Shown piece after piece: positions 26,202 through 32,000 of a stretch of DNA of 32,000 nt (position 1 is its first letter; the number at the start of each line of letters is the position of its first letter). Made by a program: the position numbers and the translations under genes. Under the pieces are notes generated by a model. It was given only the letters and a program-made list of their open reading frames with translations. It made no database searches and had not been told where the DNA came from. The stretch comes from Propionibacterium ruminifibrarum (lineage in GTDB: Bacteria > Actinomycetota > Actinomycetes > Propionibacteriales > Propionibacteriaceae): contig NZ_OMOH01000001.1 of assembly GCF_900289195.1 (NCBI RefSeq), positions 30,001 through 62,000 on the forward strand. Direction: 5' to 3'.

Positions 26202-26918
26202 TCAGTCGATGACGTCGCCCTCGATGATGACATCATCGCCCCCGTCCTCGTCGCGGCCGCCACGCCGACGCCGGACACGGTCCGCCGCCCGCCGGGCGGC
26301 CATCGTCTCGTGGGGTATGGAGGCGGCCCTCGCGCCGATGGCGTACCCGCGCAGGCGCACGGCGAATGCGATGAGGGAGGCGCCGAACAGGGCCATGAGA
26401 AGGCCGATGACGATGCCTGCGGCAGCGGTGCCGAACTGCGGATGGACGAGCAGGACGATGCCGATGACGATCCCTATCAGCCCGATGACCTGCAGCCAGC
26501 GGGTGCTGCCGAACGAGCCGTGCAGAACCGTGCCGAGAGCACCGGCCGCGAGGGAGCACACGAGGATCGCCCCACCCATCGCCATGATGATGAGCTCACC
26601 GGTCAGCCCGGGGTGCCAGAGCATGAAGACGGCGGCCAGCGCCAGCAGGACGCCGGAGAGAACCATCATGCCCGAGCCGACCCGGCCGCGCGAACGCAGA
26701 CCGGTGACGACCGAGCCGAGTGCCGAGACGATCATGGCGAGGGCGATGATGCGGACGAGCGCGTTCACCGAGTGACCGGGCCAGATCATGCAGGCCAGGC
26801 CGGCGGCCGTGATGACGATGCCGGCGACCAGGCAGGCGAGCCAACCACGCCCGGAGGGCGCGCGGCGCGCGAACCGGTCCTGACCCATGCCGGGGACGTG
26901 CATTCCGGAGATGCTCAT
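26202..26918 (-). CDS. DUF308 / HdeD-like multi-pass membrane protein with a charged C-terminal tail
   Basis: 238 aa with about 6 Gly/Ala/Ile-rich helices in repeating pairs, typical of HdeD-family proteins, followed by RRAADRVRRRRGGRDEDGGDDVIIEGDVID. AGGAG RBS. The gene lies 35 nt upstream of corA on the same strand. Confidence 0.65.
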   Translation of the reverse strand: MSISGMHVPGMGQDRFARRAPSGRGWLACLVAGIVITAAGLACMIWPGHSVNALVRIIALAMIVSALGSVVTGLRSRGRVGSGMMVLSGVLLALAAVFMLWHPGLTGELIIMAMGGAILVCSLAAGALGTVLHGSFGSTRWLQVIGLIGIVIGIVLLVHPQFGTAAAGIVIGLLMALFGASLIAFAVRLRGYAIGARAASIPHETMAARRAADRVRRRRGGRDEDGGDDVIIEGDVID

Positions 26919-27124
26919 GGTGACTCCTGAACCAGATGTGATGAACCAATCCTGAGCGAGGACGGCTCACCCATCAAGGTGAAACGCTGGACGTTGTTCG
27001 CCCTGGGCCGCACCGGCGGACGGGGCGCCGCCGGGCGTTGCCCGTGACGCGGGCGGGGTAGCCTGTGACGGGTCGGTGCCGGAGCCTCCAGGCCCGTGAT
27101 GGGAGGCGTGGTGAGGGGAGCGAG

Positions 27125-30100
27125 ATGAGCAGGAGCAACTTCGTCCATCTGCACGTGCACACCGAGTACTCGATGCTCGACGGTGCCGCCAGCAATGCGA
27201 AGCTGTTCGCCGAGGTCGCCCGGCAGCGCATGCCCGCCGTGGCCATGACCGACCACGGCAACATGTTCGGCGCCTACGAGTTCTTCCAGACCGCCAAGAA
27301 GTACGACGGCACCGAGAACCCGGCCGTCAAACCGATCATCGGCATCGAGGCGTACGTGGCTCCCAGCAGCCGGTTCTCCCGCAAGCAGGAGTTCTGGGGC
27401 GTGGGACGCGACTCGGATGCGCCGGAGGTCGAGGGCGGCAAGGACGTCTCCGGCGGCGGGCGCTACACGCACATGACGATGTGGGCTCGCAACCCGACCG
27501 GCCTGCGCAACCTGTTCAAGCTGAGTTCGCTGGCCAGCTACGAGGGCTACTACATGAAGCCCCGCATGGACCGCGAACTCATCGCCGAGCACGCCGAGGG
27601 CATCATCGGCGCCACCGGCTGCCCCTCGGGCGAGGTGCAGACCCGGCTGAGGCTCGGCCAGTTCGAGGCGGCCTGCGAGGCCGCGGCCGCCTACCAGGAG
27701 ATCTTCGGCAAGGAGAACTACTACTGCGAGCTGATGGACCACGGGGTGCCCATCGAACGGGAGGTGCGCGACGACCTGCTGCGCCTGGCCAAGCGGCTCG
27801 ACCTGCCCCTGCTGGCCACCAACGACTCCCACTACGTCACCGAGGACCAGGCCGATGCGCATGACAACCTGCTGTGCGTCGGCGTGGGGCGCAACAAGGA
27901 CGACCCGAACCGTTTCCGCTTCAACGGCTCGGGCTACTACATCAAGACGAATGAGGAGATGCGGGCCCTGTTCCCGGCCGAGGCCGCCGACAACACGCTG
28001 CTCCTGTCCGAGATGATCGAGCCCTACGACGAGGTCTTCGCCCACGTCGACCGGATGCCGCAGTTCGACGTGCCGGAGGGCGAGACCCAGGAGAGCTGGC
28101 TGCGCAAGAAGATCCAGGTGGGTCTGAAGAAGCACTACGGCGACAACCCCAGCAGGCAGGTGCTGGAACGCGTCGAGACCGAGCTGGCGACCATCGAACC
28201 GCTGGGTTTCAGCTCGTACTTCCTCGTCGTCTCCGACATCTGCGACGCCGCCCGCCGGATGGGTGTGCCGGTCGGTCCGGGGCGTGGCTCGGCCGCCGGT
28301 TCGATGATCGCCTATCTGACCGACATCATCGCCATCGACCCGCTCGAGCACGACCTGCTGTTCGAACGCTTCCTCAACCCCGAGCGCGTCAACCCGCCCG
28401 ACATCGACCTCGACTTCGACGACCGCCAGCGGGACAAGGTCATCGACTACGTCACCGCCAAGTACGGGGCCGAGTACACCAGCCAGGTGAACACCTTCAG
28501 CACGATCAAGGCGAAGGCCGCCGTCAAGGACGCCAACCGCATCCTCGGTTATCCCTTCAGCCTCGGCGACCGGATCACCAAGGCGATGCCGCCCGACATC
28601 ATGGGCAAGGGCGTCCCGCTCAACGACCTGTTCGACCCCGAGCACCCGCGGTACGCGGAGGGCGGGGAGTTCCGCGAGTTGTACGAGGCAGACCCGGACG
28701 TGCACCGCGTCGTCGACACCGGCAAGGGCCTGGAGGGTCTGATCCGCGGCACCGGCGTGCACGCCTGCGCCTTCATCCTGTCCAACGAGAAGCTGCTCGA
28801 CCTCGTCCCCATGCACAAGAGGGACAAGGACGGCATGATCATCGCCGGTTTCGCCTACCCTCAGCTCGAGGAGATGGGCCTCATGAAGATGGACTTCCTG
28901 GGGCTGCGCAACCTCGGCATCATGGACCACTGCCTGAAGATCATCAAGCAGAACCGGGGCGAGGACGTCGACCTCACCGCGGTTCCGCTGGACGACAAGG
29001 CCACCTACGAGCTGCTGTCGCGGGGCGACACGCTCGGTGTCTTCCAGCTCGACGGGACGGCCATGCGTGCCCTGCTCCGACAGATGGGCCCGAACGTCTT
29101 CGACGACATCATCGCCGTCCTGGCCCTGTACCGGCCCGGCCCGATGGGCGCGAACGCCCACATCGAGTACGCCGACCGCAAGAACGGCCGCCGCCCGGTC
29201 ACCCCGATCCATCCCGAACTCAAGGAGGACCTGGACGAGATCCTGGCGCCGACCTACCACCTCATCGTCTACCAGGAACAGATCATGGCGATCGCCCGCA
29301 AACTGGCGGGCTACACCCTCGGCGGCGCGGACCTGCTGCGCCGGGCCATGGGCAAGAAGAAGAAGTACATCCTGGACCAGAACTTCACGCCCTTCCAGGC
29401 CGGCATGCGCGCCAACGGGTACTCGGACGAGTCGATCCAGGCGCTGTGGGACGTCATGGTGCCGTTCGCCGGATACGCCTTCAACAAGTCCCATGCCACC
29501 GGCTATGCGCTCGTCAGCTACTGGACGGCCTATCTCAAGGCCAACTACCCGGCCGAGTACGGCGCCGCCCTGCTGACCAGCGTCGGCGACGACAAGGACA
29601 AGATGGCCCTCTACCTGGCCGACATGCGGGCCCAGCACATCAAGGTGCTGCCGCCCGACGTCAACGCCTCGCAGAACGAGTTCACGGCCGTCGGCGAGGA
29701 CATCCGGTTCGGGCTGGGCGCCATCCGCAACGTCGGCGAGTCGGTCGTGGCCGGTATCGCCGAGGCGCGCCAGGAGCACGGGCCGGCCAAGGACTTCTAC
29801 GAGTTCCTCGACCAGGTGCCGCTCAGCGTGTGCAACAAGCGCTGCATCGAGTCGCTCATCAAGGCGGGATCCTTCGATTCGATGGGGCACTCGCGCCGTG
29901 CGCTCATGGATGTCTTCGAGAGCGCCGTCGACGACGTCATCGACCTCAAACGCAACCAGGCCAACGGCCAGGACGATCTCTTCGGCGACCTGATGGGCGG
30001 CGGCGACGCCGCGGACACCGGCCTGTCCCGCAGCGTTCCCGAGACCCCCGACTGGGACAAGCGCACCAAGCTGGCCTTCGAACGGGAGATGCTCGGCCTG

Positions 30101-30691
30101 TACGTCTCGGACCATCCGCTGCAGGGGCTCGAGCACGTGCTCAGCGCCGAGAGCTCGATCGGCATCGGCACGCTCATCGAGACCGGCTCCGAGCTCGACG
30201 GCCGGGTGGAGACCATCTGCGGCATGATCACCCAGGTCCAGCGCCGGCAGTCCAAGTCGGGTGCCTTCTGGGCGACCGTCACCGTCGAGGACCTCGACGC
30301 CAGCGTCCAGGTCCTCGTCTTCCCGAAGGTCTACCAGACCTGCCTGACCCAGCTCGTGCCCGATACCGTGGTGCGCATCACCGGCCGCGTGGCCAACAAG
30401 GACGAGTCCATCGAGATCCAGGCCAACGAGCTGACGGTGCCGGACGTGCGGATGAGCTCCGACGGGCCCGTGACGATCCAGATGCCCGTCGTGCGGTGCA
30501 TCCCGCCGGTGGTGCAGGAGCTGCGGCAGGTGCTCACCGCCCATCCGGGCGGCACCGAGGTGCGGGTCAAGCTGGTCGGCCCCCAGAAGAGCACCCTCAT
30601 GAGGCTCGGCGACTCACTGCGGGTCAGCAACGAGCAGCCGCTCATCGCCGACCTCAAGGCACTGCTCGGCCCCGGCTGCATCGCGGTCTGA
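27125..30691 (+). CDS. dnaE: DNA polymerase III alpha subunit
   Basis: 1188 aa. It has the PHP domain start FVHLHVHTEYSMLDGA, the polymerase core (GPGRGSAAGS, DIDLDF, FNKSHA) and a C-terminal OB fold. The start is ATG 27125 behind a GAGGGGAG RBS. Confidence 0.97.
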   Translation: MSRSNFVHLHVHTEYSMLDGAASNAKLFAEVARQRMPAVAMTDHGNMFGAYEFFQTAKKYDGTENPAVKPIIGIEAYVAPSSRFSRKQEFWGVGRDSDAPEVEGGKDVSGGGRYTHMTMWARNPTGLRNLFKLSSLASYEGYYMKPRMDRELIAEHAEGIIGATGCPSGEVQTRLRLGQFEAACEAAAAYQEIFGKENYYCELMDHGVPIEREVRDDLLRLAKRLDLPLLATNDSHYVTEDQADAHDNLLCVGVGRNKDDPNRFRFNGSGYYIKTNEEMRALFPAEAADNTLLLSEMIEPYDEVFAHVDRMPQFDVPEGETQESWLRKKIQVGLKKHYGDNPSRQVLERVETELATIEPLGFSSYFLVVSDICDAARRMGVPVGPGRGSAAGSMIAYLTDIIAIDPLEHDLLFERFLNPERVNPPDIDLDFDDRQRDKVIDYVTAKYGAEYTSQVNTFSTIKAKAAVKDANRILGYPFSLGDRITKAMPPDIMGKGVPLNDLFDPEHPRYAEGGEFRELYEADPDVHRVVDTGKGLEGLIRGTGVHACAFILSNEKLLDLVPMHKRDKDGMIIAGFAYPQLEEMGLMKMDFLGLRNLGIMDHCLKIIKQNRGEDVDLTAVPLDDKATYELLSRGDTLGVFQLDGTAMRALLRQMGPNVFDDIIAVLALYRPGPMGANAHIEYADRKNGRRPVTPIHPELKEDLDEILAPTYHLIVYQEQIMAIARKLAGYTLGGADLLRRAMGKKKKYILDQNFTPFQAGMRANGYSDESIQALWDVMVPFAGYAFNKSHATGYALVSYWTAYLKANYPAEYGAALLTSVGDDKDKMALYLADMRAQHIKVLPPDVNASQNEFTAVGEDIRFGLGAIRNVGESVVAGIAEARQEHGPAKDFYEFLDQVPLSVCNKRCIESLIKAGSFDSMGHSRRALMDVFESAVDDVIDLKRNQANGQDDLFGDLMGGGDAADTGLSRSVPETPDWDKRTKLAFEREMLGLYVSDHPLQGLEHVLSAESSIGIGTLIETGSELDGRVETICGMITQVQRRQSKSGAFWATVTVEDLDASVQVLVFPKVYQTCLTQLVPDTVVRITGRVANKDESIEIQANELTVPDVRMSSDGPVTIQMPVVRCIPPVVQELRQVLTAHPGGTEVRVKLVGPQKSTLMRLGDSLRVSNEQPLIADLKALLGPGCIAV

Positions 30692-30757
30692 CCGGTTCGG
30701 CCCGGTCCGGCGGGTGCGGCTAACCTGTGGGAGTCGTCGAACTCGAGGGGGCACGTC

Positions 30758-31552
30758 ATGAGTGAGCAACCGCTGCGCACGCCGGATGGCCGCGTCCCGG
30801 CGGTCGTCGCCTCCACCGAGACGACCGGTCCCCAGAAGGCGATCGCCGAGCCGGTCGCCTCCGAGCTGCACCGCGTCAGCCTGTGGCGCCCGCACATCAG
30901 CAGACGAGACGGCGTCCTCATCGCCCTCTTCGCGGGGCTCGTCCTCGTCCTCGGTCTCCTGGCCGGGCTCTGCTGGTCGGTGGTGACACCGCTGCAGTCG
31001 GTCACCGTCAGCTCCGACGGCACCGCCACGATGACGAATCACGCCGCCGTGGAGAGTTTCAGCCCCGATGCCGTCTTCGTCATGATCGGTCTCGTCGTCG
31101 GTCTCGTCCTCGGCTTCTTCGCCTGGCACTGGTTCAGGCACGCGGGATGGCCCGTCGTCCTCCTCGCCGTGGCCGCCGCCGGCCTGTGTGCGCTCCTCGC
31201 GGCACGTTTCGGGGCCATCATCGGGCCGAGCGGCTTCGACACCCGCCTGGCCGGTGCAGGCGCCGGTGAGACGGTCGTCTTCGACCTGGCCCTGACGACC
31301 CCGACGGCCTGGGTCGTCTGGCCCTTCGCGGCCGTCATCCCGGTGCTCGTCTACAGCTCCCTCACCCATGACGGCGACGACCGGCGGGCGCGCACCCGGG
31401 CCGAGGAGGGGGCCACCGGGGACGGCGAGGACGACCACTCCCCGCGCTGGGCGGAGGAGGGACGGACCGGCAGCGGTCACAGCCTGCTGCGCTTCCTGCA
31501 CGGCCAGCGCACGACGGTACCGGCCCCGGACGACGGGCGGACCGGGGCCTGA
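30758..31552 (+). CDS. Hypothetical membrane protein (4 predicted TM helices, charged C-terminus)
   Basis: 264-aa ORF with a GAGGGGG RBS. Hydrophobic segments are LIALFAGLVLVLGLLAGLCW, VFVMIGLVVGLVLGFFAW, VVLLAVAAAGLCALLAA and WVVWPFAAVIPVLVY. No family was recognised with confidence. Confidence 0.55.
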   Translation: MSEQPLRTPDGRVPAVVASTETTGPQKAIAEPVASELHRVSLWRPHISRRDGVLIALFAGLVLVLGLLAGLCWSVVTPLQSVTVSSDGTATMTNHAAVESFSPDAVFVMIGLVVGLVLGFFAWHWFRHAGWPVVLLAVAAAGLCALLAARFGAIIGPSGFDTRLAGAGAGETVVFDLALTTPTAWVVWPFAAVIPVLVYSSLTHDGDDRRARTRAEEGATGDGEDDHSPRWAEEGRTGSGHSLLRFLHGQRTTVPAPDDGRTGA

Positions 31553-31578
31553 CACGCGCTCGCCGCGAGGATCCCCGG

Positions 31579-32000
31579 TCAGCGGGTCAGTCCCGCCAAC
31601 GTGCCCCGGGTGGCCGTCAGCAGGGCCGCCGGGCTCAGTTCGACGCTCAGCCCGCGGCGGCCGGCCGAGACGAAAACGGTCTCGTAGCCCATCGCGCTGG
31701 CGTCGATGAAGGTTCTCATCCGGCGTTTCTGCCCGAACGGGGAGATCCCGCCGACGACGAATCCGGTTGCCCGCTGCGCCAGGCCGGGACTGGCCAGGGC
31801 GGCGTGCTTGCCCCCAGCCGCCGCGGCGGTCGCCTTCAGGTCGAGCAGCCGGTCCGAGCCGATGACGGCGGTGACGAGCCGGCGGGGATCGTCGTCGAGC
31901 TCGACGACGAGCGTCTTGAAGGCGCGGCCCGGTTCGACGCCGAGCGCCCTCGCCCCCTCCAGGCCGTAGTGCTCGGCCCGGGGATCATGCTCGTACGAGT
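31579..32000 (-). CDS. ybaK: Cys-tRNA(Pro)/Cys-tRNA(Cys) deacylase YbaK, C-terminal 139 codons (5' end outside the window)
   Basis: My own minus-strand translation, not in the ORF track because no Met is present: SYEHDPRAEHYGLEGARALGVEPGRAFKTLVV...ATGFVVGGISPFGQKRRMRTFIDAS...VFVSAGRRGLSVEL. It is collinear with E. coli YbaK (YEHDP, TGYLVGGISPLGQKKR, SGGKRGL). Stop at 31579-31581. Confidence 0.8.
   Translation of the reverse strand, partial: SYEHDPRAEHYGLEGARALGVEPGRAFKTLVVELDDDPRRLVTAVIGSDRLLDLKATAAAAGGKHAALASPGLAQRATGFVVGGISPFGQKRRMRTFIDASAMGYETVFVSAGRRGLSVELSPAALLTATRGTLAGLTR

Noticed and set aside
26919-27124. Possible LexA/SOS box (GAAC-N4-GTTC) upstream of dnaE at ggacgttgttcg (~26989-27000)
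   Set aside because: It does not fit the GAAC-N4-GTTC spacing or the half-sites. The replicative dnaE is not expected to be SOS-regulated.
26915-30544. 1209-aa stop-free ORF on the minus strand, exactly antisense to dnaE
   Set aside because: The plus-strand frame has unmistakable DnaE motifs along its full length. The antisense product is low-complexity (rich in H, D, G, V, A, L and R) with no recognisable domain and no RBS. Long antisense ORFs are expected from codon-position G+C bias at about 70% G+C.
1-32000. Search for CRISPR arrays, tRNA/rRNA genes, integrase or recombinase genes, toxin-antitoxin pairs and defence-system hallmarks
   Set aside because: No regularly spaced repeats, no cloverleaf-like or rRNA-like segments, and no integrase, nuclease or ATPase-type accessory genes were recognisable. 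The only repeats found are the 189-bp corA duplication and short operator palindromes.

Overview
High-G+C actinobacterial chromosome segment (hand counts about 70% G+C in core genes). There are four blocks.

(1) 1-13.7 kb is a complete myo-inositol catabolic locus. It holds an MFS transporter tail, iolA/mmsA, iolD, iolB, a DUF2090/Cgl0159-type putative aldolase, iolC, a divergent GntR/HutC regulator, a Zn-alcohol dehydrogenase, a LacI regulator, iolG and an iolE-like gene. It also contains a badly frameshifted second LacI gene and a recurring 16-bp palindromic operator-like motif.

(2) 13.8-21.4 kb holds a LysR regulator and a DinB-like protein, followed by the conserved, translationally coupled hisI-trpE-trpC-trpB-trpA-lgt block.

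(3) 21.4-25.3 kb is a lower-G+C accessory islet bracketed by a perfect 189-bp direct repeat made of the corA 3' end. It contains an orphan corA 3' fragment, a multiply frameshifted and truncated ISAs1-family transposase relic, a roughly 40% G+C non-coding spacer, and a membrane-protein plus TetR cassette with shared palindromic operators.

(4) 25.1-32 kb holds intact corA, a DUF308/HdeD-like membrane protein, dnaE, a hypothetical membrane protein and a partial ybaK.

No rRNA, tRNA or CRISPR array was seen. I found no convincing complete new multi-gene system. The most unusual structure is the corA-bracketed islet and its small regulated cassette. Many long ORFs in the supplied track are antisense artefacts of high G+C and were rejected.
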